64,000 nucleotides of DNA. Origin: Mobula hypostoma (lineage: Eukaryota). Positions within the stretch are counted from its first letter, which is position 1, and each line of letters opens with the position of its first letter. This document shows, in pieces, positions 1-12,310 of this stretch. The stretch is taken from positions 992,001 to 1,056,000 of the forward strand of contig NC_086098.1 of the NCBI RefSeq assembly GCF_963921235.1, given 5' to 3'. The notes beneath the pieces were generated by a model, which did not search any database, was not told the origin of the DNA, and saw nothing but the letters and a program-made list of their open reading frames with translations. The translations under genes and the position numbers were made by a program.

Positions 1-590
1 AGAGTGGTAATGTTGCAGCTATATAGGACCCTGGTCAGACCCCACTTGGAGTACTGTGCTCAGTTCTGGTCGCCTCACTACAGAAAGGATGTGGAAGCCT
101 TAGAAAGGGTGCAGAGAAGATTTACAAGGATGTTGCCTGGATTGGGGAGCATGCCTTATGAAAACAGGTTGAGTGAACTTGGCCTTTTCTCCTTGGAGCG
201 ACGGAGGATGAGAGGTGACCTGATAGAGGTGTATAAGATGATGAGAGGCATTGATCGTGTGGATGGTCAGAGGCTTTTTCCCAGGGCTGAAATGGTTGCT
301 ACAAGAAAACACAGGTTTAAGGTGCTGGGGAATAGGTACAGAGGAGATGTCAGGGGTAAGTTTTTTACTCAGAGAGTGGTGACTGCATGGAATGGGCTGC
401 CGGTGACGGTGGTGGAGGCGGATACGATAGGGTCTTTTAAGAGACTTTTGCATAGGTACCTAGAGCTTAGAAAATTAGAGGGCTATGGGTAAGCCTAGTA
501 ATATCTAAGGCAGGGACATGTTCGGCACAACTTTGTGGGCTGAAGGACCTGTATTGTGCTGTAGTTTTTCTGTGTTTCAATGTTTCTGTC
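1..590 (+). mobile_element. CR1 LINE 3' fragment (ORF2 C-terminus, 3' UTR and tail)
   Basis: ORF 4-492 has CR1 C-terminal motifs [24 protein letters not shown] and FFTQRVV..WN; ends in a degenerate (TTTCTATG)n-like tail. Confidence 0.9.
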
Positions 591-1820
591 TCTATTTTTA
601 CCTCATTTCATAAGCTTTTCTTTTCTTCTTGACCAGATTTTCAACTGCCTTTGTACACCACAGTTCCTGTACCCTAACATCCTATCCCTCTCACTGGAAC
701 GTACCTATGCAGAGTGCCACTCAAATATCCCCTGAATATTTGCCACATTTCTGCCATACCTTTCCCTGAGAACATCTGTTCCCAATTTCTGCTTCCAAGT
801 TCCTTCTTGATAGCTTCATATTTCCCCTGACACCAATTAAATGTTTTCCTAACTTGTTTGTTCCAATGCCATGGTAAAGGAGATAGAATTGTGATCACTA
901 TCTCCCAATGCTCTCCCACTGAGAGACCCAACACCTGACCAGGTTCATTTCCTAATACCAGATCAAGTACAGCCTCTCCTCTCGTGTCAAAAAATCTTCC
1001 TGAACACACCTAACAAACTCCACCCCATCTAAACACCTTGCTCCAGGGAGATGCAATCAATATTTGGGAAATTAAAATCTCCCACCATGACAACCCTGTT
1101 ATTATTACAGCTCTTCAGAATCTGTCTCCCGATCTGCTCTTTGATGTCTCTGTTACTTTTAAAATCCAGCAAATTGCATGGTCTATAAAAAACACCCAGT
1201 AGAGTTATTGACCCCTTCCTGTTTCAAACTTCCACCCACAGAGACTCAGTAGACAATCCCCCCATGACTTCCTCCTTTTCTGCAGCCATGACACTATCTC
1301 TGATTTGCAGCGCCACACCCCCACCTCTTTTGCCTCCCTCCCTGTCCTTTCTGAAACATCTAAAGCCTGGCACTCTATGTAACCATTCCTGCCCCTGAGC
1401 CATCCAAGTCTCTATAAATGGCCACAGCATCATATCTCCCTCCGAGTACTGATCCACGGTCTGAACTGATCCATTTTGTTCATGAGGCTTCTTGCATTAA
1501 AATAGACACATCCCAAACCATCAGTCTGAGCATATCCCTTCTCTATCACCTACCTATGGAGGGATATGGTCCATGTGCAGGTCAGTGGGACTAGGCAGAA
1601 AATGGTTCGGCATAGCCAAGAAGGGCCAAAAGGCCTGTTTCTGTGCTGTAGTTTCTATGGTTTCTATCCTCCCTCTCACACTGTCTCTAAGCTTTCTCTA
1701 TTTGTGAGCCAACCACCCCTTCCTCCATCTCTTCAGTTTGGTCCCTCCGCCCCAGCAATTCTAGTTTGAACTTTCCCCAATAGCCTTAGCAAACTTCCCT
1801 GCCAGGATATTGGTCCCCTC
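591..1820 (-). mobile_element. Decayed CR1 fragment (ORF1 end and APE endonuclease region)
   Basis: Minus ORFs 1224-1457 (RKDREGGKRGGGVAL, ESLWVEV) and 674-1009 (LDLVLGNEPGQV); frameshifted. Confidence 0.8.
1556..1667 (+). mobile_element. Very short 5'-truncated CR1 insertion (3' UTR only)
   Basis: Near-identical to 3' UTRs at about 13500-13604 and 36915-37050; CTAT at both junctions (1554-1557, 1664-1667). Confidence 0.8.
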
Positions 1821-2687
1821 GTTTTCAAGTTTGCCTTCATATTTCATCTTTTTACTTTTATTGCTTTTTAGTTGCCTTTTGCTGGATTTTAAAAGCTTCC
1901 TAAGCACCCAACTACCCGCTCACTTTTGCTACCTTATATGCCCTTTCCTTGGGTTTTTGCAGTCCTTAACTTCCTTTGTCAGCTACAGTTGGCTAGACCC
2001 ACCATTTGAGAATTACTTCTTTGGTGGGACATATCTATCCTGTGCCTTGTGAACTATTCCCAGGAAGTTCAGCCATCTCTGCTCTGCTGTCATCCCCACC
2101 AGTATCCTCCTCTAATCCAGCTGAGCAAGCTCCTTTCTCATGCCTCTACAAGTCTCTTTATTCCATTGTAATACATGTGACTTATGCTTCTCCCTCTCAA
2201 AGTGCAGTATGAATTCAATAATATTATGATCACTGCCTACTAAGTGTTCCTAATCTCCCTCCCTAATAAAATCTGGGTTATTACACAACACCCAAATCTA
2301 AGATAGCCTTTTCCCAAGTAGGCTCAAGCACAAGCTGCTTTAAAAAATTTTCTCATAGGCATTCAACAAATTCCTTGTATTGTGATCCGATACCATGCTG
2401 ATTTTCCCAATCCCCTTACATATTGAAGTCTCCCATTACAATGGTGTCTACCATATTACATATCCTTTCCAGCTCCCTTTGCCATCTCAACCCCACATCT
2501 TGGCTACTATTTGGAGACCTATATATGATTTCCATAATGTTTTTTTTTACCCTTTGTAGTTTCTCAGTTCTACCCACAAAGATTCAACATTCTCTGACCC
2601 GATGTCACCTCTTTATAAAGAAGTAATTCCCTCTCTTACCAACAAAGCCACACCCTGTCTGTGTCTTCCTACCTGTTCTTTCCATAC
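1821..2687 (-). mobile_element. Old CR1 endonuclease fragment, host of Gypsy-1; resumes at 7677-7810
   Basis: CR1 EN-like sequence continues across the CATAC target duplication. Confidence 0.7.
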
Positions 2688-3466
2688 TGAAGCATCTTCA
2701 ATTACTCCAAAAGACTGAGGTTTGGTAAAATACTGAAAGGCTTTTATTCGCTGTACAATACAACCTCCACAGTGAGTGTCTGCCCCGGACTGAGGGGGAG
2801 GGGCAAGGCGAACACCTTTATCCAGGACTCTGTGGGAGGAGCCACAGGGGCAGTCAGCAGAGGGGTGTGTCCAGACAGGTAACCAAGTTACAACATATAG
2901 AAACATAGAAACATAGAAAATAGGTGCAGGAGTAGGCCATTCGGCCCTTCGAGCCTGCACCGCCATTTATTATGATCATGGCTGATCATCCAACTCAGAA
3001 CCCAGCCTTCCCTCCATACCCCCTGACCCCTGTAGCCACAAGGGCCATATCTAACTTCCTTTTAAACATAGCTAATGAATTGGCCTCAACAGTTTGCTGT
3101 GGCAGAGAATTCCACAGATTCACCACTCTCTGTGTGAAGAAGTTTTTCCTAACCTCGGTCCTAAAAGGCTTCCCCTCTATCCTCAAACTGTGACCCCTCG
3201 TTCTAGACCTCCCCAACATCGGGAACAATCTTCCCGCATCTAGCCTGTCCAATCCCTTTAGGATCTTATACGTTTCAATCAGATCCCCCCTCAATCTTCT
3301 AAATTCCAACGAGTACAAGCCCAGTTCATCCAGTCTTTCTTCATGTGAAAGACCTGCCATCCCAGGAATCAATCTGGTGAACCTTCTTTGTACTCCCTCT
3401 ATGGCAAAGATGTCTTTCCTCAGATTAGGGGACCAAAACTGCACACAATATACATGGTTTACCACA
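2688..3466 (-). repeat. Gypsy-1 3' LTR, split by a CR1 insertion
   Basis: 2688-2899 plus 3451-3466 reconstitute 7448-7676; purine tract AAAAAAAGGAGGGGTGAA (minus) abuts it at 3467-3484. Confidence 0.93.
2897..3450 (-). mobile_element. Young CR1 3' fragment (subfamily A) inserted in the Gypsy-1 3' LTR
   Basis: (TTTCTATG)n tail on minus; nearly identical to 11100-11658 and 24330-24889. Confidence 0.92.
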
Positions 3467-3520
3467 TTCACCCCTCCTTTTTTTAAAAACAGTCCCGCGG
3501 AGTGAAGTGACTGACAATAT

Positions 3521-5777
3521 TTACAGGTTAAGTCTATCAGGCGGTCGAGTCCATCGCTGTGACCTACGTAGCACCGGCGATGGCGGTTGTGCTGGCTCCG
3601 GCCTGACTTCAGGTGCCAGCACGTTAGGCGTCGGTAATCCCTCGTGCGTGTGCGTCGCGCCCGGTATGGGAGTGTCATGTGGTGTCTGTATAGGGTTTGG
3701 GGTGCACGGTGTCTCGTAGGTACACACATTGTTGGGTACGGGGTCAATAGTCACCACGGAGTGTTCAGGGTAGGGGCCCGGAGCTCCTGCGGGCGCCAGG
3801 TCGCGGATGGAGACCGTGTCCTCCCACCCATCAGGTAAAACCACGTAGGCATACTGGGGATTCGCATGAAGTAAGTGAACCCTCTCGACCATCGGGGAGT
3901 ATTTATTGCTCCTCGCATGTTTCCGGAGCAGCACTGGCCCCGGGGACGTCAGCCAAGATGCTAGGGTGGTTCCAGTGGTCGATTTTCTGGGAAAAGAAAA
4001 GAGCCGCTCATGAGGGGTGGCATTGGTGGCTGTGCATAACAGGGAGCAGATGGAGTGGAGTGCCTCGGGAAGGACCTCCTGCCAGCGGGAGACCGGCAGT
4101 CCCTTTGACCTGAGGGCTAAGAGTGTGGCTTTCCACACCGTGCCATTCTCCTTCTCTACCTGTCCATTCCCCCGGGGATTATAGCTCGTGGTCCTACTGG
4201 TTGCAATTCCTCTAGCCAGTAGATATTGGCGCAGCTCGTCACTCATAAATGAGGACCCTCTGTCACTGTGGATATAGCATGGGTATCCGAACAGAGTGAA
4301 GAGCTTGCGCAGGGCTTTTATAACCTACGTGGTAGTGGTGTCGGGGCAGGGGATGGCGAAGGGGAACCGCGAGTACTCGTCAATTACGTTAAGAAAGTAC
4401 ACATTACGGTCGGTGGAGGGAAGGGGGCCCTTAAAGTCAACACTCAGTCGCTCAAAGGGGCAGGTGGCCTTGATGAGTGGTGCCTTTTCGGGTCGGTAGA
4501 AGTGCGGTTTGCACTCTGCGCAGACTTGGCAGTCCTTGGTCATCATCCTGATCTCCTCAAGGGAGTAAGGCAGGTTCCGGGCTTTCACGAAGTGGAAAAG
4601 CCGGGTGACTCCCGGGTGGCAAAGGTCTACATGTAGGGCGTATAGCTGGTCAATCTGCGCGCTGGCGCATGTTCCCCAGGATAGGGCATCGAAGGGCTCG
4701 TTGAGCTTCCCAGGCCTGTACATGATGTCATAGTTGTAGGTTCGATTCTCCACCTCAGAATTTTATCATTTTTGATTTTGCTCCGCCGCTGATTATTAAA
4801 CATGAATGCGACTGAGCGCTGGTCAGTTAGCAGGGTGAACCTTTTGCCGGCAAGATAGTGCCTCCAGTGCCTTATAGCTTCCACTATGGCCTGGGCCTCT
4901 TTCTCTACCGCAGAGTGCCGAATTTCAGGGCCTTGAAGGGTACGGGAGAAGAACGCCACTGGTCTTCCTGCCTGGTTGAGGGTAGCAGCCAGCGTAAAGT
5001 CGGAGGCGTCACTCTCTACTTGGAAGGAATAGCCTCATCCACCGCATGCATTGCTGCTTTGGCAATGTCCCCTTTTATGCGGTTGAAGGCCGCGTGGGCC
5101 TCGGCAGAAAGGGGGAATGTGGTGGACTTGACCAGGGGGCAGGCCTTGTCTGCATAGTTAGAGACCCATTGGGCGTAATATGAAAAGAAGCCCAGGCACC
5201 TTTTGAGGCCTCTGCGGGTGTTGGGAAGAGGGAGTTCCAACAAGGGGCGCATACGGTCGGGGTCAGGGCCAATGACTCCATTCTCCACGACACACCCAAG
5301 GATAACAAGTCGGGTGGTCCCAAATACACACTTGTCCTTCTTATAGGTGAGGTTGAAAGATTTGGCCGCCTGGAGAAATTTTTGGAGGTTGTTGTCGTGA
5401 TCCTGCTGGTCGTGACCGCAGATGGTGATGTTATCCAGATATGGGAACGTGGCCTTCAGTTGGCACTGGTCCACCATCTGGTCCATTGCCCTCTGGAAGA
5501 CAGATACACCATTCGTGACACCAAAGGGGACGCGCAGGAATTGATAAAGCCTGCCGTCCACCTCGAAGTCAGTGTAAGGGCGGTCCTCCCGGCGGATGGG
5601 GAGCTGATGGTAAGCGGATTTTAGGTCTATGGTCGAGTACACCTTGTACTGTGCTATCTGATTGACCATATCCGCGATGTGGGGTAGAGGGTACACGTCG
5701 AGCTGCGTGAACCTATTGATGGTCTGGCTATAGTCCACAACCATCCTATTCTTCTCCCCGTTCCGAACAATGACCAC
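3521..5777 (-). pseudogene. Gypsy-1 pol: RT, RNase H and integrase (frameshifted)
   Basis: RT IDLKSAYHQ, PFGVTNG and YLDN (5016-5777); RH VEKEAQAI and LLTDQ (4627-4959); IN HHCC, SVDFKGP and GNGQVE (3521-4753). Confidence 0.93.
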
Positions 5778-5805
5778 CTGCGCCCTCCAAGGACTTGTGC
5801 TTGCC

Positions 5806-7421
5806 TCAGTGACCCCCCTCCCTGAGCAGCCGCTGCACCTCCGACTTAATGAAAGCTCTGTCCCCCCCCGCGCTGTACCTCCTGCTTTTAGTTGCCACGG
5901 GTTTACAGTCGGGGGTCAGGTTGGCGAACAGCGGTGGGGGAGGGATCCTGAGGGTGGAGAGGCCGCAAGTGGTGTCAGTAGTGTGGCAGTTGGCATGATG
6001 TTGGGTGGGATGTGCGGGTCGGTGTGTGTGTGTGGTCAGTAGTGGGGTACGTGACATATCTCTACAAAACAGGGGATTTATGACAGTAATTGGCGGGAGG
6101 GGCCCATCATACTTCATTGTCACACTTTTCAGGTGGCTCTGGAAGTCCAACCCCAACAGCACAGGGGCACACAGTTGAGGCAAGACCAGTAACGTAAAGT
6201 CCCGATATTCTGTGCCCTGCACCACTAGCGTCGCTACACAACCCCCCCGGATGTCTGTTGTATGCGACCCGGAGGCCATGGTGACCCTCTGACTTACCGG
6301 CCATATCATGAGTCCACAATGCTGCACCGTGGCCGGGTGGATAAAACTCTCCATGCTGCCTGTGTCAAACAGGCAGCTTGTCCTGTGCCCCTCCATGAGG
6401 ATGTCCATCATTGACCTTGCGAGCTGGTGGGGAACGCTTTGGTCGAGGGTCACGGAAGCCAGGATGGGGTCGCTGCCTTGGTCCGGCGCGGTGGGGTGGC
6501 CCGTGAGCACCCATTGGTCGTAGGCAGTGGGAGGTGGCGCCGACCAAGATGGCCGCCCCCATGTCTCACACGTGGTGGCAGTGTGCAGGGAAGATGGTGG
6601 CCCCCATGTCTTGCATGTGGTGGCAGTGTGCAGGGAAGATGGCAACCCCCACGTCTCGCACGCGGCACTGCTCAATCTTGCTCGCGGTTTTGACTTACAG
6701 ACCTTGGCGCAGTGGCCCTTCTTTCCGCAGCTGGAACAGGTAGCTTGTTGGGCCACGCAGCATTTCCGGGGGTGCTTCTCCAGTCTGTAGAAGTAGTACT
6801 TCGCGGACTCACGCCTGGCTGCAGCCGAGGTCGATTCGCCGGCGGGTTGCGGGGTCTGCGGCGCCCACGAGGCCATCGGGGGATCGCGTGCCTGGAGAGC
6901 CTCGGAGTTATGCAGAGCGGCCTCCAACGTATCAGCCAGCTCGATGGCTGAACTTAGGGTAAGATCGGCTTTTTCCAGCAGCCGCTGGCGCACGTACACT
7001 GACCTGGTCCCCGTAACGAAGGCGTCTCTCACTAGGAGTTCTGCATGCTGCGCCGCCGTCAGCTCCTGGCAATTGCAGGCCCGCACGAGTGTCTGTAGGG
7101 CCCGGACAAACTCAGCACTTGATTCCCTGGACCGTTGTTGCCATGTCGCTAAGCTATACCGAGCATAGACGCTGTTTATCGGCCGCAGGTATTGTCTTTT
7201 GAGTGCGTTCACCGCGCCGTCGTAGTTCGGCTGGTCTCTGATCAGCGAATAGACCCGTGGACTGACCCTGGAGAGTAGAACTCTGCGCTTCGCTACGGGT
7301 CGGTCGCTTTAATCTCCTCTAGATACGTGTCGAAGCAGGCCAGCCAGAGTTTGAAAGCGTTTCCAGTGTCAGGCATTTGCGGATCGAGGTCTAATTTTTC
7401 TGGTCTCAGGGCCTGTTCCAT
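5806..7421 (-). pseudogene. Gypsy-1 gag and aspartic protease (frameshifted near N-terminus)
   Basis: ATG at 7421 (MEQALRPEKLDLDP); zinc knuckle CSSCGKKGHCAKVC; protease LFDTGS and LLGLDF. Confidence 0.9.
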
Positions 7422-7447
7422 GTTTTAAAATGTACAGCGAATAAAAT

Positions 7448-7676
7448 TGAAGCACCTTCAATTACTCCAAAAGACTGAGGTTTGGTAAAATACTGAAAGG
7501 CTTTTATTCGCTGTACAATACGACCTCCACAGTGAGTGTCTGCCCCCGGACTGAGGGGGAGGGGCAAGGCGAACACCTTTATACAGGATTCTGTGGGAGG
7601 AGCCACAGGGGCAGTCAGCAGAGGGGTGTGTCCAGACAGGTAACCGAGTTACAACATATATACATGGTTTACCACA
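7448..7676 (-). repeat. Gypsy-1 5' LTR with TATAAA (7583-7578), Inr-like TCAGT (A at 7552) and AATAAA (7508-7503)
   Basis: Read directly; TATA-to-Inr spacing is 31 nt. Confidence 0.9.
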
Positions 7677-7810
7677 CATACAAAGTCTATCTTCTTCCAG
7701 CCACGACTCAATGATGTCCACACTGCATACCGACTAATCTGTAATTGCGCCATGAGCTTGTCCACCTTATTCGAATGCATGGAAATACAACACCTTCAGT
7801 TCTGCATTCT

Positions 7811-8440
7811 TCACACTTTAGAATTTTGCCTCTGTGGTATTTCATCAGCAAAAATGTATGACCATACTCTTTCTGACATTGTATTCCATCTGCCACTTCT
7901 TTGCCCAATCTCTTAATCCGTTTAAGTCCTTCTGTAGCCTCCCTATTTCCTCAAAACCACCTACCGCTCTACCTATTTTCATATTGTCTGCAAACTTTGC
8001 TACAAAGCCAACAATTCTATCATCCAAATGACTAACATATAATGTAAAAAGAAGTGGTCCCAACACACACCGCTGTGAAACACGACTAGTCACTGGCAGC
8101 CTGTCAGAAAAGGCTCCCTTTATTCCCACTCTGCCTCCTGCTAACCAGCTGCTGCTTTATCCAGGCTAGAATCTTTCCTGTAATACCATGGGGTCATAAC
8201 TTCTTAAGCAGCTTCACGTGTAGCACCTTGCCAAAGGCCTTCTGAAAATCCAAGTACACAACATCAACTGATTCTCTTTTGTCTATCTTGCTTGTTATTT
8301 CCTCAAAGAATTCCAACAGATTTGTCAGGCAAGATACTCTCTTGAGGAAACCACGCTGACTACAGACTACCTTATGTGCCTCCAAGTACCCCAAGATCTC
8401 ATTCTAAATAATCGACTTCAAAATCTTCCCAATGACTGTT
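7811..8440 (-). mobile_element. Decayed CR1 RT fragment
   Basis: ORFs 7845-8129 (KFADNMK) and 8194-8394 (DVVYLDFQKAF). Confidence 0.85.
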
Positions 8441-8965
8441 TAACGAGTTTAAACTAATTCGGCAGGGTGATGGGAACCGGAGTGATAGGGCTGAGGAAGG
8501 GGAAAACAGAAATAAATCAAAGATAGTGTGCAACAGAGATGAAAGAAAGGACAGAAGATGAGGCACAATCACAGCCAGTGGGATGATTTACAACAGAAAG
8601 CAACAAATACTGGACGGAAAGTGTTATATTACAATGCACGCGGCATAAGAAATAAAATGGACGATCTTGAAATTTAGCTACTGATTGGCAAATATGATGT
8701 TGTGGCCATCTCGGAAACTTGGCTAAAGGATGGCTGCCATTGGGAGCTGAACGTCCAAGGATATACAGTGTATCAGAAAAATAGGTTAGTAGGCAGAGGG
8801 GGTGGTGTGGCCCTGTGTAAAAGAAATAATATTGAGTCATTAGAAAGGGATGACATAATATTGGAAGGTGTAGAGTTAAGAAATGGCAAAGATAAAAAGA
8901 CCCTAATGGCAGTTGTATACAGCAGGGGTCCCCAACCTTTTTTGCACCACGGACCGGTTTATAAC

Positions 8966-11658
8966 GTGCGTTGCTGGTTAAAGAAGAGATTAACGCAATA
9001 GAAAGGAAGGACATAAGCCGGGAAGATGTGGAATCGATATGGGTAGAGCTGCGTAACACTAAGGGGCAGAAGACACTGGTGGGAGTTGTGTACAGGCCAC
9101 CTAACAGTAGTAGTGAGGTCGGAGATGGTATTAAACAGGAAATTAGAAATGTGTGCAATAAAGGAACAGCAGTTATAATGGGTGACTTCAATCTACATGT
9201 AGATTGGGTGAACCAAATTGGTAAAGGTGCTGAGGAAGAGGATTTCTTGGAATGTATGCGGGATGGTTTTTTGAACCAACATGTCGAGGAACCAACTAGA
9301 GAGCAGGCTATTCTGGACTGGGTTTTGAGCAATGAGGAAGGGTTAATTAGCAATCTTGTCATGAGAGGCCCCTTGGGTAAGAGTGACCATAATATGGTGG
9401 AATTCTTTATTAAGATGGAGAGTGACATAGTTAATTCAGAAACAAAGGTTCTGAACTTAAAGAGGGGTAACTTTGAAGGTATGAGACGTGAATTAGCTAA
9501 GATAGACTGGCAAATGACACTTAAAGGATTGACGGTGGATATGCAATGGCAAGCATTTAAAGGTTGCATGGATGAACTACAACAATTGTTCATCCCAGTT
9601 TGGCAAAAGAATAAATCAAGGAAGGTAGTGCACCCGTGGCTGACAAGAGAAATTAGGGATAGTATCAATTCCAAAGAAGAAGCATACAAATTAGCCATAG
9701 AAAGTGGCTCACCTGAGGACTGGGAGAAATTCAGAGTTCAGCAGAGGACGACAAAGGGCTTAATTAGGAAGGGGACAAAAGATTATGAGAGAAAACTGGC
9801 AGGGAACATAAAAACGGACTGTAAAAGCTTTTATAGATATGTAAAAAGGAAAAGACTGGTAAAGACAAATGTAGGTCCCCTACAGACAGAAACAGGTGAA
9901 TTGATTATGGGGAGCAAGGACATAGCAGACCTATTGAATAATTACTTTGGTTCTGTCTTCACTAAGGAGGACATAAATAATCTTCCAGAAATAGTAAGAG
10001 ACAGAGGGTCCAGTGAGATGGAGGAACTGAGCGAAATTAATGTTAGTAGGGAAGTGGTGTTAGGTAAATTGAAGGGATTGAAGGCAGATAAATCCCCAGG
10101 GCCAGATGGTCTGCATCCTAGAGTGCTTAAGGAAGTAGCCCAAGAAATAGTGGATGCATTAGTGATAATTTTTCGAAACTCGTTAGATTCGGACTAGTTC
10201 CTGAGGATTGGAGGGTGGCTAATGTAACCCCACTTTTTAAAAAAGGAGGGAGAGAGAAACCGGGGAATTATAGACCGGTTAGCCTAACGTCGGTGGTGGG
10301 GAAACTGCTGGAGTCAATTATCAAGGATGTGATAACAGCACATTTGGAAAGCGGTGAAATGATCGGACAAAGTCAGCATGGATTTGTGAAAGGAAAATCA
10401 TGTCTGACGAATCTCATAGAATTTTTTGAGGATGTAACTAGTAGAGTGGATGGGGAGAACCAGTGGATGTGGTATATTTGGATTTTCAAAAGGCTTTTGA
10501 CAAGGTCCCACACAGGAGATTAGTGTGCAAACTTAAAGCACACGGTATTGGGGGTAAGGTATTGGTGTGGGTGGAGAATTGGTTAGCAGACAGGAAGCAA
10601 AGAGTGGGAATAAACGGGACCTTTTCAGAATGGCAGTAGTGGGGTACCGCAAGGCTCAGTGCTGGGACCCCAGTTGTTTAAAATATATATTAATGACTTA
10701 GATGAGGGAATTAAATGCAGCATCTCCAAGTTTGCGGATGACACGAAGCTGGGTGGCAGTGTTAGCAGTGAGGAGGATGCTAAGAGGATGCAGGGTGACT
10801 TGGATAGGTTGGGTGAGTGGGCAAATTCATGGCAGATGCAATTTAATGTGGATAAATGTGAAGTTATCCACTTTGGTGGCAAAAATAGGAAAACAGATTA
10901 TTATCTGAATGGTGGCCGATTAGGAAAAGGGGAGGTGCAATGACTATACACCAGTCATTGAAAGTGGGCATGCAGGTACAGCAGGTGGTGAAAAAGGCGA
11001 ATGATATGCTGGCATTTATAGCGAGAGGATTCGAGTACAGGAGCAGGGAGGTACTACTGCAGTTGTACAAGGCCTTGGTGAGACCACACCTGGAGTATTG
11101 TGTGCAGTTTTGGTCCCCTAATCTGAGGAAAGACATCCTTGCCATAGAGGGAGTACAAAGAAGGTTCACCAGATTGATTCCTGGGATGGCAGGACTTTCA
11201 TATGAAGAAAGACTGGATGAACTGGGGTTGTACTCGTTGGAATTTAGAAGATTGAGGGGGGATCTGATTGAAACGTATAAGATCCTAAAGGGATTGGACA
11301 GGCTAGATGCAGGAAGATTGTTCCCGATGTTGGGGAAGTCCAGAACGAGGGGCCACAGTTTGAGGATAGAGGGGAAGCCTTTTAGGACCGAGATTAGGAA
11401 AAACTTCTTCACACAGAGAGTGGTGAATCTGTGGAATTCTCTGCCACAGGAAACAGTTGAGGCCAGTTCATTGGCTATATTTAAGAGGGAGTTAGATATG
11501 GCCCTTGTGGCTACGGGGGTCAGGGGGTATGGAGGGAAGGCTGGGGCGGGGTTCTGAGTTGGATGATCAGCCATGATCATAATAAATGGTGGTGCAGGCT
11601 CGAAGGGCCGAATGGCCTACTCCAGCACCTATTTTCTATGTTTCTATGTTTCTATGTA
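8966..11658 (+). mobile_element. CR1 subfamily A, 5'-truncated, most of ORF2 (EN-RT), nested in the hAT
   Basis: ORFs 8971-10197 (YRPP, GDFN, SDH), 10215-10523, 10659-10943 (FADD) and 10940-11557; (TTTCTATG)n tail. Confidence 0.95.
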
Positions 11659-12037
11659 TGGGGCAAACCAATTTAGCCCAATATACGGGATGTCCCCGCT
11701 AATACAACCCTGGGACGGGGGTGGGTAGTGTTGATCACGAATTGAATATAGGTGATAAGTCAACTATAAGTAACTTATACACTCAATTTCATTTCTAAAA
11801 GGGTTTATCTAACAAATTTAATATTAAACACACAGCGCATATTTTCCTTTAATGAATATAGCGATAAGTCAATTATAAGTCACTTATAAGTCAATAGCAT
11901 CATAACATTTTAGGTAACGTTTGGATATTAAATACACAGCACATATTTTCCCCTATGAACATATAAAATTGCAACACACCAATACCGCTGAATCAGTGGG
12001 AGCCCTGGGCTTGTTTCCCTGCAACGAGGCGGTGCCA

Positions 12038-12310
12038 TCAAGGGGTGATGGGAGACAGCGATACTCGAAGGGGGTTCCTCATGTCCAGTCTATTCCGCAG
12101 TTTAGTTTTTATTGCATTCATTGCAGAAAACTCCGCTTCGCAGAGATATGTTGGAAATTGAAGCAACGTTTTCAGTACTTTTGTGGCTATCTCAGGATAT
12201 TTAGACTTGACTTTGATCCAGAATGCCAGCAGAGATGTTATGTCAAACAGACTTTTCAGCCCGCTGTAATTTGCAAGCTCGACCAGTTGATCTTCTTCCC
12301 GCGCCGACAT
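12038..12310 (-). pseudogene. hAT transposase C-terminal dimerisation-domain remnant
   Basis: FWIKVKSKYPEIA...FPTYLCEAEFSAM..IKTKLRNRLD resembles Buster/ZBED5-type C-termini. Confidence 0.85.

Larger units (their letters stand above)
2688..7676 (-). mobile_element. Full-length Gypsy LTR retrotransposon (Gypsy-1, Mag-like), decayed
   Basis: TG...CA LTRs of 229 bp with about 6 differences; TSD CATAC at 2683-2687 and 7677-7681; PPT next to the 3' LTR; domain order gag-PR-RT-RH-IN. Confidence 0.95.

Noticed and set aside
2995..3747. 250-aa ORF as a novel fusion protein
   Set aside because: Chance read-through from the Gypsy 3' region and LTR into the inserted CR1 frame.
8517..9698. 393-aa minus ORF
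   Set aside because: Antisense shadow of CR1 ORF2 that crosses insertion junctions; no recognisable domain.
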